Positions 47,573 to 57,124 of a stretch of DNA of 64,000 bases are shown piece by piece. Both the position numbers and the translations under genes were made by a program. The DNA comes from an uncultured bacterium (lineage in GTDB: Bacteria; Chloroflexota; UBA5177; JANWHV01). The notes under the pieces were generated by a model that worked only from the letters and a program-made list of their open reading frames with translations, was not told the DNA's origin and searched no databases. The stretch is taken from the NCBI GenBank assembly GCA_963827235.1, contig CAWHAE010000012.1:704001-768000 (forward strand), read 5' to 3'. The stretch's first letter is position 1. Each line of letters starts with the position of its first letter.

Positions 47573-49380
47573 CGTGTCTGTCCCCCGGCATACGATTCCA
47601 GGTCACGAGCGAGATTCCACGCGTCAGGCGTGCCCAGGCCGGTGGCCATGTCGTAGCCCGGTCCGGCAGGAAAGTAGAGATTGTTGCCCACGGTGATGTC
47701 GTGGAAGGCCTGGTATGGACTCGGGTCTGCGGCGATCGCGTACAGGGCGGGGTTGAGGAAACCGGCCCGGGGCAGGTCCTTGTGTTGCAGGTACTGGTTG
47801 ACGAGCGCTGCTATGCCTGCCCAGATGGGAGCCGACTGGCTGGTGCCGCCACCCATCGTCCAGCTCTGCGTGCCCTGCTGATCGGTGACGTAAATGGCGG
47901 CACCGCTCGCGGAATCGGCGTCGGCCGAGACGTCCGGCACCGAGCGCATGCCGCCGGGGTTGCGCCGCGTATCCTGCACGCCGGGTCCCTGCTGCCAGGT
48001 CGGGCGGGCGTAGTATACGCTTACGCCGCCGCCCGTGCCGATCGTCTCCCCGGGATACTCCCAGACGGTCTCGTTGTACCAGCCTCCGTTCGTGTTCACA
48101 CTCAGACGCGTGCCTCCGACTGCCGTGACACCAGGCGCATCGCCGGGAAGCGGCACGCCCAGGTACGTGGGAGACGGCGGCGTGCCTCGCGCCGCGTCGG
48201 CAAGGCAGTTGTAGGCTGCGTCGTCGTGCGTGATCGCGAACACGGTCTCTCCCAGGGCGTCGGCGTGGTCGTACACGTTCTTGTAGGCGTCTGCCTCCGT
48301 CTTGCCGAGCGGTTTCTCGCACATGCCCCAGCTCTGGCTGATCACGGCGCCCGGGTTCTCGTCCACCATTCTGGATTGCAGGTTGAGCACGGCGGTGAGC
48401 GCGTCGGATGCGGCCATTTTCTGCAGTGAGGACCAGTCCAGGTTGTAGAGCACGAGCTTGGCGCCGGGAGCGATCTCGTGAACGACCTCCAGGTCCATCT
48501 CGGTTTCGCTGAGAGTCGCGGTGGGCTCCGGCGTCTTGCTGACCGGCAGCATAGCGGGCAAGCCGAACCTGGACGTGAACGTGTCGAGGGAGCTTTGCTT
48601 GAAGCCGTCGAGCTCGAAGAACACCACGGTCTGGCCCGTACCGTCGATACCGGCGTCGCGCAACGGGGTGATGTCGTAGGCGCTGAGCAGGTCAACCGGC
48701 AATAGCCCGCCTTCAGGAACAGCCGCCGGAATGGGCTGGAAATAGCTGGATATGGAACCGGCCTCGGCTACGTCGGACCGCAGAACCGCGGGCAGGGAGG
48801 GGTCACGATCGCCGGCGTAGAAGCGGGCCCCGTGCACCGACCGGTACCACCGAACGTGCACGCCGAACGCGGACTCCAGGCGGCTAGCCGGTCCGGACAC
48901 TTCCATCCAGTCGTCGCCGCGCTGCCAGCTCGCGCGGAGGCCCATGCGTCGCAGCGCATTCTGCACTCGCGTCGCGGTCGCGGGCGAGGGACCGTAGCGA
49001 GCGGCGATATCGCCCGTGCTCATGTAGTGGCCGTACGCGGGTGACCGGGGCGAATACAGCGCGGCCAGGTCCGCGTCCTCGCGCGCCGCGGAGGGATCAC
49101 GCAAGACGAGCAGGAGTGAGAGCTGCGTATCGGGAGCCACGGGACCAAGATCAGCCGCGCCGGCAAGAGGCAGAGCGAGACCGTAATCGGAGTCCACAGA
49201 GTGTGCTAGAGTCCGCTGGGCCTGGTGCACCGCACTGGGCACCAAGCCGACGACGATCGCGGCCGCCAGCAAACCGTTGCGCAGCAGTGGCCGGCTAAGG
49301 CGCGCGGCACACCCTATCATTCGCCGTAGCACGAGCGCGCACCTCAGCGGCGTGCTGGAGACCGCGAAAGGTTCCTTCAT
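47569..49380 (-). CDS. S53 (sedolisin/kumamolisin) family peptidase with pro-domain (start uncertain)
   Basis: ETEMDLE, SWG..E, RSVPDVSA.AD, GGTSQSAP, HDITVGNN, GYDMATGLG. Confidence 0.9.
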   Translation of the reverse strand: MKEPFAVSSTPLRCALVLRRMIGCAARLSRPLLRNGLLAAAIVVGLVPSAVHQAQRTLAHSVDSDYGLALPLAGAADLGPVAPDTQLSLLLVLRDPSAAREDADLAALYSPRSPAYGHYMSTGDIAARYGPSPATATRVQNALRRMGLRASWQRGDDWMEVSGPASRLESAFGVHVRWYRSVHGARFYAGDRDPSLPAVLRSDVAEAGSISSYFQPIPAAVPEGGLLPVDLLSAYDITPLRDAGIDGTGQTVVFFELDGFKQSSLDTFTSRFGLPAMLPVSKTPEPTATLSETEMDLEVVHEIAPGAKLVLYNLDWSSLQKMAASDALTAVLNLQSRMVDENPGAVISQSWGMCEKPLGKTEADAYKNVYDHADALGETVFAITHDDAAYNCLADAARGTPPSPTYLGVPLPGDAPGVTAVGGTRLSVNTNGGWYNETVWEYPGETIGTGGGVSVYYARPTWQQGPGVQDTRRNPGGMRSVPDVSADADSASGAAIYVTDQQGTQSWTMGGGTSQSAPIWAGIAALVNQYLQHKDLPRAGFLNPALYAIAADPSPYQAFHDITVGNNLYFPAGPGYDMATGLGTPDAWNLARDLESYAGGQTR

Positions 49381-49414
49381 CTGCGTGGAGTCATGTTGTA
49401 CGGTCGCTCACCCT

Positions 49415-50785
49415 TCAATCCTCTGGCGCGTTCGCCTCTATAGAGCGGGCATACCAGAGCCCGCTGTCCTTTATTGTGCGACGCTGCGTGGCAAAATCCA
49501 CGTGCACGATGCCGAATCGCTGCGAAAAGCCCTTTCCCCACTCAAAGTTGTCAAGCAGCGACCACACAAAGTAGCCCCTTACCGGAGCGCCAGCCGAGAC
49601 GGCTTGCCGCAGAGCCCGAATGTACCCTCGAAGGTAGTCCGTGCGAAACTCGTCATGGACGTGTCCGTCGGGCGAGATCGTATCCACGAAGGCGGCGCCA
49701 TTCTCGGTCACATAGATCCGCTGTGGATGGTAGTCCCGATGCACCCGCTCGATCAACTCGCGGAAAGAGTCCGGATAGACCTCCCAGTCCATCGTGGTGT
49801 AGACGGCGTCGGGGTTGCGCACGGAAACGTCGTCGGACCCGTCACCACGCACCCCGCCTCGCAGTACGACGCGAATGTAGTTATTCAGGCCGAGAAAGTC
49901 GGTCGGCGTGGCGATGGTCGCCAGATCGCCGTCACGAAGCGGAATTCGCACCCCGCGGCGCTCGTAGCGATCGACAGCCGCCTGCGGATAGGTCGCACGG
50001 TAGAGCGGGTCGAGGTACCAGCGATTCTGACTCTCATCATGCCGCTGTGCCGCCGCACGATCGGCCTCGGATTCGGACGCGGCGTAGCTCTGGGAGAGAT
50101 TGAGCGTGATACCGACTTGCGCCTCAGGCCCGGCGTTGCCTCGAATCACCGGCACGGCGGCGCCATGTGACAGCAGTAGATGGTGGCCCACCGAGATCAT
50201 GGTCTGCAGATCGGTCAGTCCCGGGGCGTGCCAACCTGCCATGTGGCCGTCCCATGCCACCACCGAGGGCTCGTTGTGCGTGATCCAACTCTTGACGCGG
50301 TCGCCCAGCCGCTTCGTGACCACGTTAACGTAGGCACAGAATGCATCTGTAGTGGCGCGATTCGCCCAGCCGCCCGCATCCTGCAGAGCCTGAGGTAGGT
50401 CCCAATGATAGAGCGTCACGTAGGGAACGATTCCCGCGGCGAGCAGATCGTCGACCAGCCTCTCGTAGAAGTCCAGGCCCGGGGCATTCACCGCGCCCGT
50501 ACCGTCCGGCAAGATACGCGGCCACGCGATCGAGAAGCGGTAGGCCTGCAGTCCGAGTGTGCGCATCAGCTCGATGTCTTCGGCAGTCCTGTGATAGTGG
50601 TCACACGCCACGTCGCCGGTATCGCCGTTCCATGTCTTGCCGGGTGTGTGGCTGAAAGTGTCCCAAATGGAAACGCCCCTGCCGTCCTCGTGAACAGCAC
50701 CCTCAATCTGGTATGCCGCCGTAGCGGCGCCCCAAAGGAATCCCTCTGGAAGCTTGCTGTCCGTGCTCTGGGTCGATCCCGTCAT
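49415..50785 (-). CDS. bglA: GH1 beta-glucosidase
   Basis: FLWGAATAAYQIEG, TLYHWDLP, HNEP, YVTENG, WSLLDNFEW. Confidence 0.95.
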   Translation of the reverse strand: MTGSTQSTDSKLPEGFLWGAATAAYQIEGAVHEDGRGVSIWDTFSHTPGKTWNGDTGDVACDHYHRTAEDIELMRTLGLQAYRFSIAWPRILPDGTGAVNAPGLDFYERLVDDLLAAGIVPYVTLYHWDLPQALQDAGGWANRATTDAFCAYVNVVTKRLGDRVKSWITHNEPSVVAWDGHMAGWHAPGLTDLQTMISVGHHLLLSHGAAVPVIRGNAGPEAQVGITLNLSQSYAASESEADRAAAQRHDESQNRWYLDPLYRATYPQAAVDRYERRGVRIPLRDGDLATIATPTDFLGLNNYIRVVLRGGVRGDGSDDVSVRNPDAVYTTMDWEVYPDSFRELIERVHRDYHPQRIYVTENGAAFVDTISPDGHVHDEFRTDYLRGYIRALRQAVSAGAPVRGYFVWSLLDNFEWGKGFSQRFGIVHVDFATQRRTIKDSGLWYARSIEANAPED

Positions 50786-50843
50786 GATCTCATCCGACTT
50801 TCTGGTGCCGTGATTGGCTCTGCGTTGCATCGTCGTGCTTGCT

Positions 50844-50865
50844 AGTATACCGGGAACGTTCACGG
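50844..50865 (-). promoter_or_regulatory. LacI-type operator next to the -10 of the GH1 gene
   Basis: Near-perfect palindrome CCGGGAACGTTCACGG (50850-50865) with central CG, adjacent to TATACT on the minus strand. Confidence 0.65.
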
Positions 50866-51279
50866 AAATCAGAGCAGTGGCGCCCTCCTCTCGAGGCGCC
50901 TCGTAGCCGCGAGGTAACGGCATCGTGGTCATGCAGCGACACTAGCCCTGCGGGAGGCACAACGTGGGCTTGCTAGTTGGCAGTCGCCTCCCTGCCTTGA
51001 GCTGTCGCCCGCCTTGCAGAGCGCGCTACGCAGGGACGTGGCTCTGAAGCCGTTCTCACGCAGCGTGGAGACGGCTGCAGTCTCAGGATCGGCGAGCCAG
51101 CACCGTGGAGCAAGGACGCGCTCATGCTACCTCGCACGGGCCCGCTACGCCGCCCGCCCGCCGTGCTGTATCCTGCACCATGCAGGTTGGCCCGGTCCCC
51201 CGGGGGTGGGATGCGGTCGCCTCGACGCACGGCGCCGGGTGCCGGCCATCGGGGTCCTGCGGAAGAGAGAAGTCGGAAC

Positions 51280-51741
51280 GTGAACTCGGAGATCATAGCG
51301 GCATTCACCGGCGCAGTTCGCAACGTCCTGCTGCAGGAGGTCGGATCGCCGGTCGAGGTGCGAAGTCCCAAGGTGCAGGCCGGCCCGGTCCAGCTCAGTG
51401 AAGTGACGGTGGTCGTCGCGCTGGCGAAAGCCATCGAAGGGTCGATCCTGCTCGGGCTCTCGGTCGATCTGGCGCTCAAGTACCTCTCGGCCGTGCTCGG
51501 CGAAGCGGTAGTCGAGCTGAATGATCTGGCGCGGAGCGGTGTCGGCGAGTTGGGGAACATGGTCGCCGGCGCTGCCGCAGCAGAGTTCTCCACGATCGGA
51601 TACCCGACGATCATATTTCCGCCCACGGTGCTCGTCGGTGGCGGCAGAATGTCGATGATGGGGTTCCCCAGGCTCGTGTTCCCTCTTGAGCTCCCGTACG
51701 GCACGGGCAACCTGCAACTCGCGGCTCGCCTGCACCGCTGA
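51280..51741 (+). CDS. cheX: CheX family chemotaxis phosphatase
   Basis: IIAAF..AV.NVL, IEGSILLG, SGVGELGNMVAG (ExxN), PPTV..G. Confidence 0.85.
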   Translation: MNSEIIAAFTGAVRNVLLQEVGSPVEVRSPKVQAGPVQLSEVTVVVALAKAIEGSILLGLSVDLALKYLSAVLGEAVVELNDLARSGVGELGNMVAGAAAAEFSTIGYPTIIFPPTVLVGGGRMSMMGFPRLVFPLELPYGTGNLQLAARLHR

Positions 51742-51813
51742 GCGCGAGGGTGCTGCCCTGACACGGCGGCGTCAAGCCGTGTGTCCGCGAAGCTATTGCT
51801 TATTGAGAGGCTG

Positions 51814-52512
51814 CTAGGTCACCTGGCGATAGTAGCGGCGATAGTCGTTGTAAAGCAGGTAGAGTGGCGGCACGTCTTCCTCGACCTCCGGGAATCGACC
51901 GATCGGCTCAAGGAAACGATTATCAACCTGATCGTCGTTGACGCGGCTGACCTCGCCGACGAGTACCGTTCCGGTACCGGCCTTGCCCCAGAACGAATGG
52001 TAAAGCCGCTGAGGCAGGCACACCGACATGCCGGGCTTCAGCACGATCGCCCCGCCCGATCCGACGGTCGTGCGCACGCCGTCCACGCTCACTACCACGT
52101 CGCTATCGGCTAACGCCTCGTCCGGCGTTGAGTTCCAAAGCTGGATTACGAGGTCGCCGCCGCCGCGGTTGATGATGTCCTCCATCTTCTGGAAGTGGAA
52201 ATGCGCTGGGGTGATCTGTCCTTCTTCCGCGATCAGGATCTTTTCGGCGTAGACCTTGCCCTGCTGCTTCTCGAGCTCGGCGAGCGTTCCGTTGCGCAGT
52301 GTGAACATGAACAGGCCGATGCTACGGAAGTCGCCGCTGCCGAAGTCGGTGATGTCCCAGCCGAGCTGGTTTTCGACGATCTCCTCGCACTCCGCTCCCC
52401 TGGTGCGCCATACTTCAGGCCTCCAGAAGGCGAACGGCGGGAGCAGAAAATGCATGCGATCAAGGAACTCCGTGCTCCGTTCCATGATCGAGTTGATCTC
52501 CGACCGCTTCAT
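51814..52512 (-). CDS. D-lyxose/D-mannose family sugar isomerase
   Basis: MKRSEIN, LGWDITDFG, YAEK, P.HFH..KMEDIINRGGG, GEVSRVNDD..DN.F. Confidence 0.92.
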   Translation of the reverse strand: MKRSEINSIMERSTEFLDRMHFLLPPFAFWRPEVWRTRGAECEEIVENQLGWDITDFGSGDFRSIGLFMFTLRNGTLAELEKQQGKVYAEKILIAEEGQITPAHFHFQKMEDIINRGGGDLVIQLWNSTPDEALADSDVVVSVDGVRTTVGSGGAIVLKPGMSVCLPQRLYHSFWGKAGTGTVLVGEVSRVNDDQVDNRFLEPIGRFPEVEEDVPPLYLLYNDYRRYYRQVT

Positions 52513-52928
52513 CGTCTGTTCTTTCCCTCTCTACGCAGTCACACGCCGCCATTGCGCGTGCTCGACTCATCCGTCAGGGTACTTCTCGCGCGCCACCATG
52601 TACACTCCCGAAGCCTAGCCAGCCACGGCGACGACAAACCCCGCGGACATCAGCATCGTGCTGCCGTCGCGCGCACAGCTCATCTGCGAAATTCCTGTTA
52701 TTGCTCTCAATCGTCGCATAACGGGCGATATCTGCTCAAGGACGCGGTATCGACAGTACGCCCGTGGCAGTCGCGGTGCGAGACACCGCGCTTGGCCGAC
52801 GACGAGGCAACTGGTGCGCTCCCTCCAGCCGCCGGAGGCTACCTCCGGCCAGCAGCCAAGATTACGCTTCTGCGAACCCTGCTATAACACAGTGCGTATA
52901 TCGCTCCAGCAGAACTACAGGTTCTGCA

Positions 52929-53522
52929 GTGACGGCCAACGGCCTCGATCCGACCACATTGGCCGGTCTGCTCCTGGTAGTGACGCTCGTCGCCAGTATC
53001 GCTCGCACCATCAGGTTGCCCTACGAGGTGGCGCCGGAGCTGGCCAGTCTCGGGCTGGCCTTCGTGCCCGGCGTTCCAGGCGTCACGCACACCTATCAGG
53101 CCATCCTCACGGTGTTCCTGCCCGTGCTGCTGTTTCACAGCGCCTACAGCTTCACTGCTGTTCCTGCTCATCGGTCTCGCCGTGGGCGCGGTAGCGGTCG
53201 CGCAGGGCACCGACGTCGGCAGCAGACTGATCGGACCGCTGCTCGTCACGCTGGCGGCGGTGGGTCTCAACCGCGTACTGGTAGTCTGGGCAACCGAGCG
53301 AGGCTTGGCCGGCCGCTGCCCTTGGGCTGGACGTCCGTGATCGCCTGGGCCGGTTTGCGCGGCGCCGTGTCACTGGCCGCCGCCCTAAGCCTTCCGGCCA
53401 ATGTGGCCGATCGCGATCTCATGCTGACGGTGACCTCGGCTCTCGTGCTCTTCACCCTGTTGGTGCAGGGCCTTACTATGGCGCCGTTACTGCGCCGCCT
53501 TGGTTTGGCCGGTAGCGAGTAG
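52929..53522 (+). pseudogene. CPA1 (NhaP-type) Na+/H+ antiporter remnant with an internal deletion
   Basis: N-terminal RLPYEV...FLPVLLF.SA joined to the late FLLIGL helix (another frame) and WAGLRGAVSLAAALSLP...VLFTLLVQGLT. Confidence 0.78.
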
Positions 53523-53767
53523 TACGCACGCACGACGCGGCTTGCGATTCACGGCAGCCCAGGCATACTCATACTGCAAGCCACCAGCCGCGACTGCATC
53601 GCGTTGCGCAGCGGTCCGGTGGCCGTACGGACGCGAGCAGGATGCTCGCTCGATCGACACCGGGCTGGAGAACGAACGTCTTGGCCGCGAGTGCCTGAAG
53701 CAGGCGGCACTGCGCACGGCGCCAGGCCGGCCGTGACAAGCTCATGAGCGTTACAGGGATTGCAGCT

Positions 53768-54997
53768 ATGGCCGCTACATGCCGGTTTTGTCGGACGCCT
53801 TTGCACCGCACGTTTGTGGACCTCGGGATGTCACCACTCTGCGAGAGCTTCCTGCACCAGGACCATCTGAATCGCATGGAGCCGTTCTACCCGCTTCACG
53901 TCTTCCTCTGCGAGCAGTGCCTGCTCGTGCAGCTACAGGAATACGTGGACCCGGGCGAGATCTTCACCGACTACGCCTACTTCTCGTCCTATTCCGATTC
54001 GTGGCTCGACCACGCACGGCGCTACACGGAGATGGCTATCGATCGCTTCGCCCTCGATCAGCGCAGCCTCGTGGTCGAGATTGCCAGCAACGACGGATAT
54101 CTGCTGCAGTACTTCGTGCAGAAGGGCCTTCCCGTGCTCGGCATCGAGCCCGCTCAGAACGTAGCGGAGGCGGCCCGCGAGAAGAACGTGCCCACGCGCA
54201 CCGAGTTCTTCGCTGATCGGCTTGCCCACACGCTGGTGGAAGAAGGCAAGCAGGCCGACCTGGTGATCGGCAACAACGTGCTCGCTCAGGTCCCCGACCT
54301 CAACGACTTCGTGACCGGGTTGAAGACGGTACTGAAGCCGGCCGGCACCATCACGATTGAGTTTCCCCATCTGCTAAAGCTCATACGGGAAAATCAGTTC
54401 GACACCATCTACCACGAGCATTTCTCGTACTTCAGCCTTATCGTCGCCGAGGCGCTCTTCGCCGCGCACGGCCTCACCCTGTTCGACGTGGAAGAGCTTC
54501 CCACACATGGCGGCTCGCTCCGCATCTATGCCCGTCACGAAAGCGATGCGTCGCGACCCGTGACGGCACGCCTGAAGGGCCTGCGGGCTCGGGAGGTCGA
54601 GGAGGGACTCGATCGCGTGGAGGGCTACGCCGGCTTCGGCGAGCAGGTCATGGCGACGAAACGGAAGCTGCTCCAGTTCCTGATCGACGCTCGGCAGAGC
54701 GGCAAGACCGTCGCCGGGTATGGCGCTCCGGGCAAGGGAAACACACTGCTGAACTACTGCGGCATAAGGACGGACTTCCTGCAGTACACGGTGGACCGCA
54801 ATCCGCACAAGCACGGCATGTTCCTGCCGGGCACGCACATTCCAATCTTCCCTCCGGAGAAGATACGCGAGACCAAGCCCGACTACGTATTGATCCTGCC
54901 CTGGAATCTGCGGGAGGAGATCATGCGGCTACATTCGTACGTCGGCGAGTGGGGAGGCCATTTCGTCGTGCCCATTCCCGAAGTCACCGTATTCTAG
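53768..54997 (+). CDS. NDP-hexose C-methyltransferase family (class I SAM-dependent, zinc-binding N-terminus)
   Basis: CRFC...C..C.LVQL, YAYFSSYS, EIASNDG, FDTIYHEH, THGGSLR, GYGAPGKG, ILPWN; start 53744 or 53768. Confidence 0.92.
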   Translation: MAATCRFCRTPLHRTFVDLGMSPLCESFLHQDHLNRMEPFYPLHVFLCEQCLLVQLQEYVDPGEIFTDYAYFSSYSDSWLDHARRYTEMAIDRFALDQRSLVVEIASNDGYLLQYFVQKGLPVLGIEPAQNVAEAAREKNVPTRTEFFADRLAHTLVEEGKQADLVIGNNVLAQVPDLNDFVTGLKTVLKPAGTITIEFPHLLKLIRENQFDTIYHEHFSYFSLIVAEALFAAHGLTLFDVEELPTHGGSLRIYARHESDASRPVTARLKGLRAREVEEGLDRVEGYAGFGEQVMATKRKLLQFLIDARQSGKTVAGYGAPGKGNTLLNYCGIRTDFLQYTVDRNPHKHGMFLPGTHIPIFPPEKIRETKPDYVLILPWNLREEIMRLHSYVGEWGGHFVVPIPEVTVF

Positions 54998-55013
54998 CCG
55001 TGAGCGCCGTGCT

Positions 55014-56357
55014 ATGAGCGACCAGTTGCCGCACGGGAGTGCCGCCGAGGGCACGCAGCTCCCTTCCACCAAGGCGGGCCAGGAAATGCTGGCGCTCATC
55101 GAGCGCCTCTACCCCATTTGCCGCAGTATTACGGGCAACGGCTTCCGGCAGACGCTCTCGATCCTCCAAGAGTACCTGCGCCTGGAGAAGCACGAGGTGC
55201 CGAGCGGCACAGAGGTCTTCGACTGGGTAGTGCCGCGCGAGTGGAACATCGCGGACGCCTATGTGAAGGACCGGCGCGGCAAGCGCGTGATCGACTTCCG
55301 CGAGCACAACCTGCACGTGCTCAACTACAGCACGCCCGTCCATGCCACGATGAGCCTGGCCGAGCTGCGCCCTCACGTAGCAACTATACCGGCGCACCCG
55401 GACTGGATTCCCTATCGCACGTCGTACTACCGCGAGGCCTGGGGTTTCTGCGCCAGCCAGAATGCGCTGGACGCCCTGGCCGACGACACTTACGAGGTAT
55501 GCATCGACTCCAGCCTCGAGCCTGGATCGCTGACCTATGGCGAGTGCTACCTGCCGGGCGAGAGCGAGGACGAGGTTCTCGTTTCCTGCCATGCCTGCCA
55601 TCCCTCGCTCTGCAACGACAACCTCTCAGGCATCGCGGTTGCCACGCACCTCGCTCGTGCTCTTGCTGCCGTTCCGCGGCGCTTCTCGTACCGCTTCCTC
55701 TTCATACCGGGCACGATCGGAGCCATTACATGGCTCAGCCTGAATGAGTCCGGCACTCCGCGCATCAAGCACGGCCTGGTGATCACCTGTGCCGGAGATG
55801 CGGGAAAGCCCACGTACAAGCGGAGCCGCCGGGGGTCGGCTTCGATAGACAGAGCCATGGCACTGGTCTTGCGCGACTCCGCCCGCCCCTTCGAGATCGT
55901 GGACTTTTCACCCTACGGCTATGACGAGCGGCAGTACTGCTCGCCCGGGTTCAATCTCCCGGTCGGCTGCTTCATGCGCACGCCACATGGCCAGTATCCC
56001 GAGTATCACTCGTCCGCGGACAATGTCCAGCTCATGTCCGCAGCCGGGCTGCAGGATTCGCTCACGCTCTGTCACGCCGCCCTGCAGCTGATCGAGGAGG
56101 ACCGCACCTACGTCAGCCTGAACCCCAAGTGCGAGCCGCAGCTGGGTAAGCGTGGCCTCTACCGGTTGATCGGCGGCCAAACCGATACCGCTGTAGACGA
56201 GATGGCACTCCTCTGGACGCTGAACCTGGCAGACGGCACCCACTCCCTGCTGGACATGGCCGAGCGGTCGGGGGTGCCGTTTGCAGACGTCAAGCGCGCC
56301 GCGGCAGCGTTGCTGGAACACGGATTGCTCGCCGAAGCGCCGGGCCGATCTTCCTGA
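55014..56357 (+). CDS. DUF4910 domain protein (M28 peptidase-like with winged helix)
   Basis: PICRSITGNG, IPYRTSYY, CHPSLCNDNLSG, DERQYCSPG, EYHSSAD, EPQLGKRGLY. Confidence 0.9.
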   Translation: MSDQLPHGSAAEGTQLPSTKAGQEMLALIERLYPICRSITGNGFRQTLSILQEYLRLEKHEVPSGTEVFDWVVPREWNIADAYVKDRRGKRVIDFREHNLHVLNYSTPVHATMSLAELRPHVATIPAHPDWIPYRTSYYREAWGFCASQNALDALADDTYEVCIDSSLEPGSLTYGECYLPGESEDEVLVSCHACHPSLCNDNLSGIAVATHLARALAAVPRRFSYRFLFIPGTIGAITWLSLNESGTPRIKHGLVITCAGDAGKPTYKRSRRGSASIDRAMALVLRDSARPFEIVDFSPYGYDERQYCSPGFNLPVGCFMRTPHGQYPEYHSSADNVQLMSAAGLQDSLTLCHAALQLIEEDRTYVSLNPKCEPQLGKRGLYRLIGGQTDTAVDEMALLWTLNLADGTHSLLDMAERSGVPFADVKRAAAALLEHGLLAEAPGRSS

Positions 56358-56360
56358 AGC

Positions 56361-57050
56361 CTACTGGCTGGTTTCTGTCGCGGACCCTACGGCGCTTGCC
56401 ACCGATTGTTGCAGCGACTGAGGCACGCCGAGAGCGGACATGATCTGGCTCACGGATCGAGATGGATTCCGCGCCTGGGCCTGTCTGACCTCGGAGATAT
56501 AGGTGCTGGTAGACGTTTGCGCCGTCGCGTTGCTCACCGTGGCTCCCTGAACCCTTGACGCCGCCTGGCCCGAGCTACCGGACGAGCTGGTCGAGGAGCT
56601 GGAGCTCGACGACGATGTGCTGCTCGCGGTCGACGACGAGGAAGCTGCCGCGCTGCTCGCGCTTGAGGCGGACGAGACCGTAGCGCTGCTCGTGGTCGTG
56701 GTTGACGATGACGAAGCCGCTGTGCCGGTCCCGGCTGTGGCCGTTAAGACCGTGGCGCTGCCCGCCGTCCCGGTCGACGACGCAGAAGTAGCGGTGCTCG
56801 CCGTGCTCGCCGATGCGATCGCGGCGCTGCTCGCGCTCGACGCCGAGGTTGTCGCGGTGCTGCTTGCGGAGTCTGCTGACGCCGCCGCCCCCAACAGCCG
56901 AGCGGCACTGGAGATGGTGGCCGTAGCCGCCGGCTCTGATGTGGTTGAAGTACTCGACGACGTAGTGGAGCCCTGAGCTGCCGTATTCACAGCGGCGATA
57001 GTCGCGACTTGCGTGACCGTGCTGCCGCTGCTCGCGATCGAATTTACCAT
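56361..57050 (-). CDS. Ser/Thr/Ala-rich low-complexity protein with a short helical C-terminal domain
   Basis: 229-aa ORF; GAGAGAGG RBS; ends ...RSVSQIMSALGVPQSLQQSVASAV. Confidence 0.72.
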   Translation of the reverse strand: MVNSIASSGSTVTQVATIAAVNTAAQGSTTSSSTSTTSEPAATATISSAARLLGAAASADSASSTATTSASSASSAAIASASTASTATSASSTGTAGSATVLTATAGTGTAASSSSTTTTSSATVSSASSASSAAASSSSTASSTSSSSSSSSTSSSGSSGQAASRVQGATVSNATAQTSTSTYISEVRQAQARNPSRSVSQIMSALGVPQSLQQSVASAVGSATETSQ

Positions 57051-57097
57051 GCAACCCTCTCTCACGGATCGGAGACTGGCCGGTCCGCACAATACTC

Positions 57098-57124
57098 TAC
57101 TCGGCACAGGAGGCCGGAACTTGA
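57098..57124 (-). promoter_or_regulatory. Sigma28 (FliA/SigD)-type promoter
   Basis: Minus strand TCAA-15 nt-GCCGAGTA versus consensus TAAA-N15-GCCGATAA. Confidence 0.6.

Noticed and set aside
56560-56990. Repeat array or CRISPR in the GCTGCTCGC/GACGAC-rich stretch
   Set aside because: It is codon-level low complexity of the Ser/Thr/Ala protein, with no constant repeat-spacer period
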